Assembly (NCBI GenBank): GCA_050273025.1 | Contig: CP158636.1 | Span: 3,844,001 to 3,908,000 of the forward strand | Direction: 5' to 3' | Source of the DNA: Cenococcum geophilum | Taxonomy: Eukaryota | Length of the DNA: 64,000 bases | Shown: piece by piece, positions 47,139 to 60,843 of the stretch | How the letters are laid out: each line of letters opens with the position of its first letter | Position numbering within the stretch: position 1 is the stretch's first letter | The notes under the pieces: generated by a model | What the model was told of the DNA's origin: nothing | What the model saw: only the letters and a program-made list of their open reading frames with translations | Database searches by the model: none | Position numbers and translations under genes: made by a program

Positions 47139-50100
47139 GCTCCTTTACTAATAACATTACACTAAGGAGCTCTTGCTGTACCTGGCCTAAAAAGACTAAA
47201 ACCAACCAAAAGAACTCTGAAAAACATCTAGAGAATCCCCTTAAGATGCATGCATCGCAGGGGAGGCACACGTTAAATAACGGTGGTTTGTACTCGCGCG
47301 CGTCTACTAGAACTACGCCTAGTAATAGCCCTCCATAACAAGAACGGGCGAATACCACACTATAAAGTGGAAAGACCTCTATTAAAAAGGCATCTAATAA
47401 AATATAAAGCCTATTAGACGCGTCTAGTATCTATAGTTATAGGGAAGTAACTATTAGCTATAACGAACTAATATAGCTAGTAGAATAGCTCCGCCAGTTT
47501 AGTAAACCTTAGGCGCCCCTCTAGTAAACCCTTAATTAAATCCTCTAACGGCTAAGCAAAATTAAAAATAAATAAAACCCCTCTTTATTGGCGAACCGCA
47601 CCTAGGCTACTATAGCTACGCGTCCACAGTATAGGGAACCTACCCCCCTAAAGACTATATCTGGGTATATAATTATAATATAACTAAATATAGAAAAAGC
47701 AGAGGGGCTTAGGGGATAATTAGAAATAGAAGTCCTTATAGAGATTTATAAAGAGGTCTATAACGCTATTATAGTCTAATACCTTAGGAGCGGAGATATT
47801 AGAGTTACCCTAAGGGACTAATAGGTAAAGGAATAAGCCGTTAGGGTAAGGGACAGGCTAGGAGAACGTATTAGCATAAAAGTGCTCCGCGAAGATTACC
47901 TAGTTAAAGTCCTAGCGGTTCCCCTAAGCCTTAAGGTAGAAAAGGGACGCTAGGTGGACAACATAGTAACTATATATAAGATAGTAAAACAAACGGAACG
48001 CCTTATACTAGAATTTAAGATTACCTAAATCTAATAGCTTTAACAGGAAAATATAAACTAAGTATATAATAAGAATAATAAAAGAATATAAGGGTTGCTA
48101 AAGACTTGCTAGGGAAACGCCGGTTAAACGTATATCTCCCTTATTATTAGCATATATACACTATCACGGAGTGAGTATAAGCGACGATAATATATAGCAA
48201 AGTAGATATTATTAAGCTATATATATAAACTATGTAATAAGATTAAGACGTTATATAAGGAAAGAAGGTAGGAAACGGGAAGAAAGGGCATATATTGTTG
48301 ACTTAGTTGCTTAGTTAATATATACATAGGGCAGAATAGGGTTCAGGTCGTAGTCTTAGCAGAACTTAGTAGAATTTGGTAAAACTTGGCAGAATATAGC
48401 AGAATGCCGTAGATTGCCATTAAATTGCCATTAAATTGCCGTTAGATTGCTATTTCGCGGTTAGTCTCTAATTGCTAAGTTAGTGGAAATAGGTAAACGT
48501 ATGCAAGGTATTACGGGGGTATCCCGTAACAGTACCCCCCTTTTAAACTTGAGCTTCTGCGAGATAGGGCTATAGTAGTTCTAGGTAAAGTTTGTAAAAG
48601 TCTTTTGCGGCTTATATAAGTCCTATAGAGTTAACGGGTTCCTATAAGGGCTTAGTAAAGCCTTTCTATTTCGTAAGGTATATATACTAGCGTTTCCGTT
48701 TATTATACTTAATGTTATTAATTCTTTTAATAAAGTACTCGTTCTTACTATCTACTTTAACTAGTAAGGGAGGGTCTTATATTTATCTAGGCAGGGCATC
48801 TAATATAGGGGCAATAGGTTAGAGGACTAACGTATAGAATACGGGGTGGATTTTAACCGTATTAGGAAGCTTTAGTTAGTAGGCGTAAGAGGAAATAACC
48901 TTTTTAATCTTATAAGGGCCAGCGTTCTTCCAATTAAGTTTCTTAATAGGTTGTTTCGTGTTTAGGTTTCTTATATCTAGCTAGATAAAGTTACTAATTT
49001 AGTAGGCCGGTACTAGGGTTCGTTTCTTATTCGCTGCGGCTTTATAAACAGATTAGGCCTATATTATTTTATTAGTAAGGAACCGTTATAGTTCCTCTAT
49101 CTTCTCTATAAATTTATTTACTTCTATAACTTATAAGGCGTAATAAGCGGGGCAAGGAACATTACTAAAAGGTTTAAAACCCATTTATGGGTGCTAGCTA
49201 TAATTAGCCAGGAACGGGAAGACCTTTATAGTTTCCGAGACGGAATTATTTATAGTAAACTCGGCAAATATAAGCTAGTTAATCCAGTTATCTTATAGAT
49301 ACGACGTGTATATCCGGATATACTATTCCATTATAGCGTTTATACGTTTTATTTAACCGTCTATTTCTAGGTAATATATAATAGACAGTAGTGCTTTAAT
49401 ACGGAGTTAGGTAGTTAATTCCTTTTAAAATATAGAGATAAACTGGCTGCCTCTATTAGAGATAATTATTTTAGGGAGTCCGTGGAGTTTCTATATATGG
49501 TCTAAAAACAGTCAGGCGACGGTAGGCGTTAATATATCGGGGTAGGCGATTAAGTGCCTTATCTTAGATAGTCGGTCTACAACTACTATAATGTTTATAC
49601 AGCCTTTACTTACGGGGAGGTCAACGATAAAGTTAATTAAGATATCCTTCTATCTTTGGTCCAGAACAGGCAGTAGCTTTAGGAGGCCGTTGTACGACTT
49701 ATATAAAGCTTTAGCTTATCGGCAGATATAGCAGCTAGAGACGTACCTTCGTATTATATTATATATATTCGGCTAATAGTATTCTTATTAGAGCAGTTCT
49801 AGGGTTTTTTCTTAGCCTAGGTGGCCGGCTACTAGTAAATTATGTACATGTTTAAGGAGCTTAAGCTTAAGTTCGTTATAGTTAGGTATAACTAGGCGGT
49901 TCTAGTAATATAGGCGGTTTCCACGGGCTTCGTATTTACTTAAAGGAATCTTTTTAGAGCGTCTAATGCCATTATACATTAGCTTAAGCGTCTCTTAGAT
50001 AAACTCATTATTTGGGTATTTATTAACTATAATCTGTTTAATCGATCAATTAGTTATTTTAAGGACGTATACCGTAAGGTCTTTAGTAGGAGGGTTAAAT

Positions 50101-53100
50101 AGTTTAGGGCGAAGTAGGGTCTAATTTTAGTAAGAGCGCGCTTCTTCTAGGGCTGGCGCGTCTTGTGAGTGTTAGGTTAGGGCGTTAGGCTTCTAACCTT
50201 AAACGCCCAGGCGGTACGTAATTAAAAATCAGAAATAAGATAGATATTCTAACTAGCGGGCCTAATAATAACTTAGCTATTTCGTGGTTGTAAAGTACTG
50301 TAGGTTCTTATAGTCGCTAAGGACCTTAATTAGAAATCTAGCGCCTTCTAGTTCGGGTTGCCATTATTTAAAATATCTAATAATAGCTAACAATTCCTTA
50401 TTATAGATCTCGTAGTTATATTCGGCTAGGCTTAGTTATTTTAAGAAGTATACTATAGGGTATAATACTCTATCCTCGTTATATTAAGACAGGATACCTC
50501 CTATAACGTAGTTAGATAAGTTGGCTTCTATAACACTTATTTGGTTTAGGTTAAAGTATTAGAGTATAGGCGTAGTAGTAAATATAACCTTTAGGTAGGT
50601 AAAGGCCTTCTTGCATTCCTTATTAAAGATAAAGACTTTATCTTTTTGGGTTAGAGCTATAAGGGGTAAAACTAGGGCGGAGAAGTTATTAATAAACCGT
50701 TAGTAGAAATTAGCAAATCCTATAAAGGCTCTTACGTCCTTAACGTTCTTAGGTTCTTGCTAGTTTACAATTACTTTAACTTTCTTTAGGTCTATTTATA
50801 TACCGTTTATAAAAATAAGGAGTTTAAGGTATAGAACTTGTATTTATCTATATTTAATTATAGACTAGCTCCATATAGGGCTTATAGGATAAGATTAACG
50901 TGCTTCCAATGTTTAGTTAGGTTATTACTATATATTAGGATGTCGTTAATATAGGTAGTGTAGAAGATGTCTAGGTAGGGGCGTAGGGTGTTATTTATAT
51001 AATGTTAAAACGAGCTTAGAGCGTTTGCGAGGCTAAAAGGTGTTACTAAGTACTTAAATAGTTTATATTAGGTACGAAATGTAGTAAGCTATTCGTCTCC
51101 TTTAGTAATACAAAGACGGTTAAATGTAGAGATAATATTGAGCTTCGTGTAGTAACGAGCCTTACTTAGTTAGTTTAGTATCTCTTATATTAACGGGATC
51201 GGATATTAGTTCTTGACGGTAACGGCGTTAAGAGCTTAGTAGTCTATATAGAAGCGCAGACCGCCGCTAGGTTTCTTAATAAAGATTACTAGTACGGCTA
51301 TAGGCGACGAGCTTGCTCTAATAAATCCTTTGCTTAGGTTCTCGTCTAAATACTTTTATAGCACTTAGAGTTTATTTTGGGATATTCCGTATAAGGGTCT
51401 AAATCTAGGCTACTTTCCTTCTTTAAGTATAATCTTATGGTTGTATAGTCGGTGCTCCGGTAGCTTATTGGCTTTCTTTTATAAGAATATATCTAGGCGA
51501 TAATAATACTCTACTAGTACCTTCGTGGCAGGGTTAGTATGCTTCTTTAGTGCCAAGGCCTTCTTAATATTGGCTATCGTAATAGCGAAGATTGTATGCT
51601 CGGGTTTCTTAGCAAGTTGCGCCAGTAGGGTAGCTCCAATTATGCGGATGTCTAGGGTGCTAAGCTCGCTCGGATTGTCCATAGTTTCTTACGCGGCTTC
51701 CTATTCAGCTTTGGGTTTAGTATTAGGTGCAGAGTCAGTATTAGGTTTAGGTTCGGGTTCTTTAAGTATGCTCTTTATAGTAGAGTACTAGTCCTTCTGG
51801 TACTTTCGTGTAGTAAGCTTAAGCTTTTACTTAGCGCGGGGTAGTGCAGTACTTAGGGTCTGTTCGTGGGGTTCGGTGGAATTTTCAGGCTAGTGGATCT
51901 TAGTGGATTTTTCGGATTTCGGATTTAGGTCTAAGTAGTAAGTTATAAGGCACTTCTGCTTATAACGGGAGGCGGTAAATAGAAGCTTCAGGTTGTTCTA
52001 ATTAATGGTTACCTTATATAGCTTTATCTAGGGTTATTTAAGAATTACTAAGTAACCTAGGGTGGTAACAAAAAGCCTAATTAGTTCTTTATGGTTTAGG
52101 TATTAGAGTCTTAGGAATACTACGTAGGTAATACAGCCTAAGACAGTGCGTTTACCATTAAATCTAAATACGTTAATATGCCGGTCGAGGGGGGTTAGGG
52201 TAAAACTATTATCTTACGCGAAGATTTTATTAATAAATCCTATACCGCTGGCTCCTATATTAATTAAGACTTAAGCACTAACCCGTTAATTGTTCTGCTA
52301 TAGGCGGCAGTTAACGGTTATGCTATAATCCTAAGAGTTAGAGTTTGTAATATCTAAAGCATTTAATAAGATCTTAAGGCAGAGCTGTCCTAGAGAGCGA
52401 CTTAGCTCTAAAACCTTTCTTTTAGAGGCGATCGGGACGGAGTTCTTATAGCGTATTAGTTGTAGTTTTGTTCTTATAAGTAGTGCTTATTATAGGACAA
52501 GTTAGAACCGGATAACGATTGGGGTTAGTAAATAGAGCTTGGTTGAGGCGATTGGTTACTTATACTAGTTGTCCTTTTATATAATTAGGATAGTGGTATA
52601 CCGCCTATACCAGTTATTTAAATATTCATTTTAGGCAGGAGGATAGAGCAGTAACTTAAGATATAAGCGTTGCTTCCGTACTTAAAACAAAGGCCGTATT
52701 TAATATATTATTTACGTTTAACAGATCCTTTTAGGGCGTAAGAGAGGGTTCTAGCGTTAATATTTATAGCGTCTGGGTCCTTGCGGGCCTTAAATAGCTA
52801 AGGGGTAGAGTATTAAGGTATATGTTTTAGGGTAAGGCGTAGTATATTATTATATAGGCTGTTAATAATATTAGCGCAGGCTGTAAGGGTATCTAGCAGT
52901 TTAACTCCTATAAGGGAAGCCTTTAGTTTAGAGTTTAAGGATTCTACTAGGCGGTTAATTAAGGCAGGTTCGTTCTATTTAGTCTCTTTAGTATAGTGGT
53001 AGAACTTAGTAAAGTATAATAAGAAGCTCTTAGAGCCATATGTTATCTTATTTAGTTTCCTTTATACTATTATAATTTGGTTAGGGTCGCCATAAGATGC

Positions 53101-56100
53101 TTCTAGTATGGTAACTAATTCTTCTATAGTATTTAGCTAAAACGGGTATATAGTTTCCGCGGCGTCTCCCGTTAGACGGCTTATAGTATAACGTAATTAA
53201 TTACTAGGGGTAGGGTAGCGGTTAATATTACCGTTTAGCTTATTCTTAAGTTAGTTAAGAAAGAAGCGTAGTTTGCTTCTTTTACTTAAATAGGTGGGAG
53301 GATTAGGGAGACGTTTGCTTAACTTCTTTACAAGGGTACTAATTGGCGAATTTAGGGTTAAGGAGCTAGTCCTAGACACGTCTTCTCCATCTAGTACTTA
53401 TAGGTTAACACTAGTAGGAACGGGTGGGGGTGACGGTATAGTAGACGGTAGGTTACGGCGGATCTCTTTAATTTCTTTTCTTAGGGATCCAATTATTTCT
53501 TAGTGTTAAGCCTCTTACTAAGCAAGGGTATCTATAAAGGCCTATTACAGGCCCTTTATTTGTTCGGTAAATATATTGCGTAAGTTAGTTGTAGATATAG
53601 GGGCTTTTAGGTTATTCTGTATATTAAGCGGGGCGCGGTAGTATAGGTTTAACGTAATATAGTGTTACGGAGTAAGTATAAGCGACGATAATATATAGCA
53701 AAGTAGATATTATTAAGCTATATATATAAACTATATAATGAGATTAAGACGTTATATAAGGAAAGAAGGTAGGAAATGGGAAGAAAGGGCATATATTGTT
53801 AACTTAGTTGCTTAGTTAATATGTATATAGGGTAGAATAGGGTTCAGGTTATAATCCTAGCAGAACTTGGTAGAATTTAGTGGAACTTGGCAGAATATGG
53901 TAGAATGCTGTAGATTGCCGTTAGATTGCCATCAGATTGCCGTTAGATTGCTATTTTACGGTTAGTCTCTAATTGCTGAGTTGGTGGAAACAGGTAGATG
54001 TGTGTAAGGTGTTATAGGGGTGTCCCGTAACATATACTAGGAATACAAAAACTCCTTATTTAAAAAGGTATTATTATAAATAGCCTTATATACAACGTAA
54101 GGCTCTATAACTATAGACTCTACCTAAAATAATGCTATCGCTATATATAATAGGGGTATACTTAATCTATATGCGCAGTATAGGTATGCTACGGCTACTA
54201 TGTAGGCCCCTATAATATAAGACACTACTTAAATTAAGACTAAATAAAATGCGTAAACTGCTACCGAAGTATATATAAGGTGTAGGAGAGAGAAGACTAT
54301 ATTAAATATAGGAAACGGAAGGTAAGGGCTTAACAGCTACGGGAATAACTGTACGCTAAGTTATATAAATAAAAACAATAGGTAATAGGCTAGGGGGGCG
54401 TAGGTGCCTTTCTAGCGTTTCCTACCTTTAATACTAGGGGGCTAGGCCAGCTATCCTAAGCCTTAACAGGCTAGAAGTAACGCTGCGCGATATTACTAGA
54501 CCGTATAGGGATATAAGGGCTATAGGGGATATAAGGAAGAAGATACTTTATAGGAAGACCCTTATAGACAGCTATAGCAAGCTTAAGACCGGGATAATTA
54601 AGAATTAGACTTAACGCGGTAAATATAACATTCGTAGCTAACTCTTAAAGGGTATATAGCTAACTAGTAAGAATAGGGGAAGAACTAGAGATAATAATAG
54701 ATTTAGATATAAAAGCGCTAGTAGGAATATAAGATATAGGAATAGAAAGCTCTATATAAAATAAGTAGTAATTAGGGTATAGATATAAGAGATAGAAGTT
54801 TTAAATATTTTAGAAAAAGTGGAAATAGAAGAAGCGAGGAATAATAAAAAGGCGAAGGACCCTTACCAGGGGTCTACTACTTATCCATTATACAGTATAA
54901 CTATAGCAATACAAACCACCATCTTATAAGGCCCTTACTAGACAGTCTAGATCCAGAGAAATACTATATCCTTGCTATATAAGAGCCGTACTATAATACC
55001 TATATATAATTAATATACTGCCCCTAAGAATTCTAGCTCCTATATAAACCAAAAGCAGCCATACGCGTATGCTTTATAATTAGTAAAACTATTAGCCTAT
55101 CCTTATAGTTATAGCAGGCAGTTAATCTAAATATTGTAGTTATAATAATTTAGATATATAGAGGACCGGTACAAATTATTAATATATATAACCCTAGGGT
55201 TAAAGGGGTCCCATAAATAGAGAATATTATATTAGTAATAAGCTTACTTAAAACCAAAGGTATAGAGTCTATCCTATTAGGAGATATAAACCTCCACTAC
55301 CCGTGGTAGGGGGGTATCTACGTTACTGCTAAATAACAGGTAGAGTACCTACTAAAAGCTATAGATACCTAGGGCCTTAAGCTAGTTACCCCCCCTAGAG
55401 CAATTATATAGTAATAAGGATCCGCTAAAAGTACAATTAACCTTATATTTATAGACGAAGGCCTATACTAGAGACTTAAAAGGTATAACCCTAAAGAAGA
55501 ATAGGCACTTACTTTAGACCATATCCCCATCCAGATATAGCTAGATTTAGATATTAAGGCGTAACTAAATAGCAAAAGATATATAATAAGGATGCTTAAG
55601 GCAGACAGTTTTCTTAATATAGTTAAATAATAACTCTAAGACCTAGAAGAAATCTACCTAATACCAAACAAGCGAGGCTTATTAGCCACCCCTAAGGAAA
55701 TCAACCAAAGACTAAAACAAATTTAGGCAGCAATTAAAAATAGGCTAAAAGAGTACTGCCCGGTCTTAAGACCGGGCCCCTATATATAACATATATAGTC
55801 CGCATAATACGCGGTTCTTATAGCTAGCTAATAATAAGTAAAAAGGAAATACTTAAGTAGCTATAACTTTAAAGATAAGAGATAATATAAAGACACAAGA
55901 AACTAGTTAAAGAATACCCTAAAAAAAGAAGCAAGGAATAACTGGAGATAATTTATAAATAAGTATACTTCTAACCTAAGCCTCCCCTATAATAAGGGCC
56001 TATAGGCTATAGTAAAATAGGTAAAGAAAAAGGTAGAGTAATTAGCAGAAGATCTATACCTACCACCCCTATAAAGATTAGGGGAATTATAGGACACTAA

Positions 56101-58495
56101 TAATAACGATAAGAAGGCAAAGATCCTTATAAAAAGGTTCTTTCCCTAATTAGCTTCAGCAGACCTTAGTAACATTATAGGTAAAGTACTAGTAACTCGC
56201 CTGTAGGTTAACAGCGATATAACAATAGGGGAAATAGCTAGAACTATTAGCCGCCTTTTAAATAATATAGTACTAGGTCTAGATAGGATTCTAAATAAGG
56301 CCTTAAAGACCTATAGACTATTTATAGCACCCTAGCTTACAGATATAGCTAGAGTATACTTTACTATAGGCTACTACCTATAACTTAGAAGATCTATAAC
56401 AACAATTATCCTAAAAAAAAAAGGTAAAGTAGATTACTTAATCCCAGGAAGCTACCGCCCTATTGCCTTAGAAAACACCCTTAGTAAAATCTTAGAAAAG
56501 GTAATAGCAGACCGCATAGCAGATATGGCTAAGGAATACGCCCTATTACTATAGAGCTAAATAGGGGCAAGAAAGAACCGCTTAATACTATTAGCACTTA
56601 TGCTACTCGCTACCACTATTAAATCTACATAGGCGATGCGAAGGGACTTTATAGTATTAATGCTTAGCCTAAATATTAGTGGCGCCTATAATAACGTACC
56701 CTATAAGCATCTCCTATAATCCTTAAGGCAAAAGGCTTTCTAGAATAGATTATATAATTTATCTAAGGGTTTATAGGTTAGAAAGAAATATTACTAGTCT
56801 TTAGCGGATATTAGAGCCCCCCTATTGCAGTTACAACAGGAATACTATAAGGATTACCCCTCTCGCCTATACTCTTCCTTTTCTTTATAAGCAGCCTGCT
56901 TAACTCCTTTAAGGAAGGGGCAACTTAAGGGATAGGCTTTATTAACGATATAAACCTAATTATATATAGGCCATTAGCTGCAGAGAATTGCAAAATACTA
57001 AAGAAAGCTTATAATACCTATATAGAATAGGTAAGACAATATAGAGTTTAATTCTTACCAGAGAAATACTAGCTAATCTATTTTATAAGAAAATGTAACT
57101 AATCTATAGATCTCTAGTATATAATCCATATTTAAGGCTTTAGGGGTTAACCAGTTTAGGGCCTAAGGGTATTAGAAGTATGGGTAGATAGTAAGCTCCA
57201 GTGGAGCATATATATAGCGTAAGCGGCCTATAAGGGCTAAGTATAATATATTGCATTATCTAGGATCGTTAATTCTATATAGGGCCTATGCTTCTAGAGG
57301 TTACGCCTACTATATATAGTAGTTGTCCGGCCAACTATAACGTATAGGTCTAGTATTTAGGCTATTAGAGAATCTAAAAAAGGCCCCCCTAAGTTACTCC
57401 TTAAACCACTCTAAAAGGTCTAAATAGCCTGCCTTTAGAGTATAATAGGCGGATATAAGCAAACGGCTACAGCACTACTTAAGAAGGAAGCCAATATTCC
57501 CCCCCTATAACTATATATTAAAGCCGCTGCAATATAAAGGGCCTAAAATAAACGCAACTCTAATATTATAAAGTATATTAAAACACACCTAAATAAACTA
57601 TAGAGGGACCCTAGGGCGCCCTATAGGAGAATAAACTAATAACCTTAAAGTAGGGAAGATATATTAGAGAAACAGGTAAAGAAAGTAGAAGAAGAATAGT
57701 ACTATATTAGGGCCTAGGCCTATATAGAGGAGAAAGGGAGACGTATAAGAGGCTAGTAAAGATAATAGTAAGAGAGAAAAAGGAGCTAAAGCAGAGTATA
57801 AAAGAATGCTAGGAAACCATCTACTGTAATATAATACTGGTTAGACTAACGCTATAGGGGGTAAATACTTTAGGGCTCTAAGAAGGCCTAATAAAGGCAG
57901 AAAATATAATAGCAATACTCTTAAGAATAGGAATAATAGGACTAAAAGACTAGCTCTACTAGGTAGGTGTCCTAATAGGTAGCCTAAGATGCGAATATAG
58001 CTGGCTAAGATAGACACCAAAACACGTAATACTATTATGCCCCTTATATACTAACTAAGAAGTAATGCTTTTAGTAGCTGGTATAGAGAACTATAATACA
58101 CTGCTCTTAATATAAAAAGGCCTTAAGGCGGTTACCTAGTGGCTTATTAGCTAAAATATACTAAACCAGTTCCGGGTTATAAGGGAAATAGTAATAAAGG
58201 GTGGGAGGGTAAGCAACGGGCGCCCCCTAATAACTCTATAGTAGTAGAGTAAAGTTTACAATACTAGCGCGTCTGTAGGCTTATTACGGCAGCAGTGGTT
58301 TCTAAAAAGGTTAAAAAGTAAGATAGTAGGAGTACTATAGGTGACTCGTAGGCGCCTTATAGGCGAGTTCTAAAAGGCAGGGAGATAGATTACGGGGTTT
58401 TCTTAAATAGAGTTTTCTCCCTATATGTATATAAGGAGTAGTCCGCGTAGGCCTAATAGTGATCTAAATCAGACGTTAAACAATGAATTATTATT
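47139..58495 (+). mobile_element. Full-length Tad1-like LINE, RIP-inactivated, ORF1 interrupted by a Gypsy
   Basis: 12-bp TSD ATATTATAGCTA (47127-47138 / 58496-58507); (ATT)n tail; ORF2 APE motifs (LLGD.NLHHPWWGG ~55272, STIDL, DH.PI) and RT motifs (YRPIALENTL.K ~56453, G.PQGSPLSP.LF, GF.DD ~56935). Confidence 0.92.
48162..54032 (-). mobile_element. Full-length chromodomain Ty3/Gypsy retrotransposon, RIP-inactivated
   Basis: 370-bp LTRs 48162-48531 and 53663-54032; TSD TACAC/TATAC (RIP-compatible); PPT 48532-48544; minus-strand order gag-PR-RT (Y.DD ~50940)-RH-IN-chromodomain (~48620-48760). Confidence 0.93.
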
Positions 58496-59132
58496 ATATT
58501 ATAGCTATACCTATTATAAATTTAGTTTTATTAAAGTTATAGGTATTTTTATTAAGTATACCGTATAACTAACGCGTCTTATTAACGCGGTTAAACTACG
58601 CGTTAATTATAACCGGATTTTTGTATTTTGCCCGCTATAAATAGAACTTCTAATTCTATTTTATCTATAACTCTAGCTAGGCATTAATAAAGTAGGATAC
58701 CTAGTTTTTACTAACTGGTTAGGGGGGAGGATTCTAGCCGCGCGCTATAAGTAAAGCGTCTGCTATTTATTGTATATTAATAATTTAGGGGGGGAATCCT
58801 CGTTAGTTAAGTTTTAGGATCCACTAAATAAGCGTATACTCTTTAGAGGGCTGCAGCTTGCGTTTCTATAGATTAGACGCGCTTTAAGGTGTTACACTGT
58901 TAAGGCGACGATAGAGGGTAGATTTTAGGATGTTATATAAGCCTGCAGTCTTATAAAGACCTAAATTTTGGTTTTTTTTAAAGCGTATTAGCAGCGAGAA
59001 GAAGTCTACCTTCTTACTGGAGTTTTAGAAGCTTCTATATTAATATTATAATTAATTTAGTTGGTGACGCGTGTTGGTGTTAGTGGGGTATCTTACTAAC
59101 TAGGGTGTCCCACTGACTGGTAGAACACGTTA

Positions 59133-59555
59133 ACGTATTTGACTACTTATCCGCAAATACTAGTCATCCGCGAACCCTAAAAACCACCAAAAATCAGGAA
59201 AATTGCATTTTAATATCTTAACAATAGCTAGGTAATAAATTCTAGAATTTTATAATTAGCCTTTTATACCCATTTTAAGACTTATATTTAACTTTTAAAA
59301 AAATTATTAAGTAGTTCTAGAGATATAGTAGATTGGGGGCTAAAAACGGGCAAAAACTTAATATCTTAATAACAGCTAGGCTTATCACTTTAGAATTTTA
59401 ATAAGAGTTTTAAAATAAGCATAAAATGCTAATTATAAAATTTTAGAATTTATTATCTAGCTATTGTTAAGATATTAAGATGCAATTTTCCTGATTTTTA
59501 GTGGTTTTTAAGGTTCGCGGATAACTAGTATTCGCGGATAAGTGGTTAAACACGT
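59133..59555. mobile_element. MITE-B, pogo-type, with ~128-bp TIRs
   Basis: ACGTATTTGACTACTTATCCGC... / ...GCGGATAAGTGGTTAAACACGT; TA flanks. Confidence 0.88.
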
Positions 59556-60843
59556 TATATTAATCAGCTTACTAAACGTGGCCTTCCTCCTACAACATTA
59601 ATGGTACGGAATTTTGTAGTAGAGATTATAGGAAGAGAGCCCGGACCTTACTGGGTATCGCGATAGCTAAAGGTTAATTAGAACAACTTAAAAACTGGCT
59701 ACCTTACTCCTATTAATAATGCACGTAAAAAGGCCGAGTCTGCCTTTTATTATAGCTTATATTTTAAGCTTTTAGAAAGGAAGATTAACGAATATTATAT
59801 TCTACTAGAAAATTAATATAATTTAAACGAAAAAGGATTCCTAATTAGCGCACTTATAAAAGCTAAAAAAAATTCTCTTAAAGGGCTTTTAAGACTAGTA
59901 AAGTTAATTATATAGTATAGGACGGCAATAGAGAGTGGATTAACGTTACAGCCACTATTTATACTAATAGATTGTATCTCTTACCTAGTTTAATCTACAC
60001 TGCTATTTTTAGTAACTTTTAAGATTTCTAGCTTTAAGACTTTAAGCCTAATAAGTACTCTTACTTCTTTACCTTATTATTAACCAGCTAGATAAATGAT
60101 AAGCTTAGATTTATATAGCTTACTAAAATATTTAATCGTAAGACTAAGTAGAAGGCCTACTAAGGGAGGGAGTAGAGGCTCCTTATTATTAATAGGTATA
60201 GCTCTTACGTTAATATAAAGTTTCTTAACTGTTATTAGCTTTACTAAATCCTTATTATAGTATACCTACCTTATTCTACTTATAGATTACAGCCTCTTAA
60301 TATCTTCCTCTTTTTACCCCTAGCTATATACTATAGCTAGGAGCTTAATAACTTCCTTAATAATTGCTAAGGATTAATATGCCTTAGTAAAAGAGACTTT
60401 TTCTACCTCTTCTAGCTAGCCTTTAGGAAAGCCTTTTTACTAGGAAATATATAAAGTGGATAGAAAAAGATAGGACTATACCTATTTAAGCTAAAGGTTG
60501 TTTTAGCTTAATATAAGGTAAAAAAGTCCTATATAAAGGAGCAGTCTTCTTCTAATAAGTTTACTTACTTAGCTCTTTTAGCTAGTAATTAGAGGAAGAT
60601 AAAGAAGCTCCTTAAAGAGGTAGTTACTAATATATTTAATAAGCGCACTTATAAGCTTAATAACACTATATAGGACCTTATAACCTTAAATATTATATTA
60701 TAATATAGGGTCGTTAGCTATAAATAGGCTTTTAAAAATAAGAAGAAGAAGCATAAGTATATAAAGCCTCTATTTTATAAGCTTGCCCTTTTTAAAAATA
60801 GTAGTGCTATATTCTTTAGCCCCTATAAGATTTAACAGGCTTA

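Larger units (their letters stand above)
44248..59130 (-). mobile_element. Fot1/pogo DNA transposon (pogo-1), RIP-inactivated, split by nested insertions
   Basis: TIR ACGTGTTCTACCAGT(T/C)AGTGGGACACCC at both ends with TA flanks. Transposase pieces ~58500-59040 (HTH, RGFPP, VGKNWVSRF, NFDETG), 46136-47138 (QPGNREWVT, LILDGH, QPLD) and 44300-44458. Confidence 0.92.
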
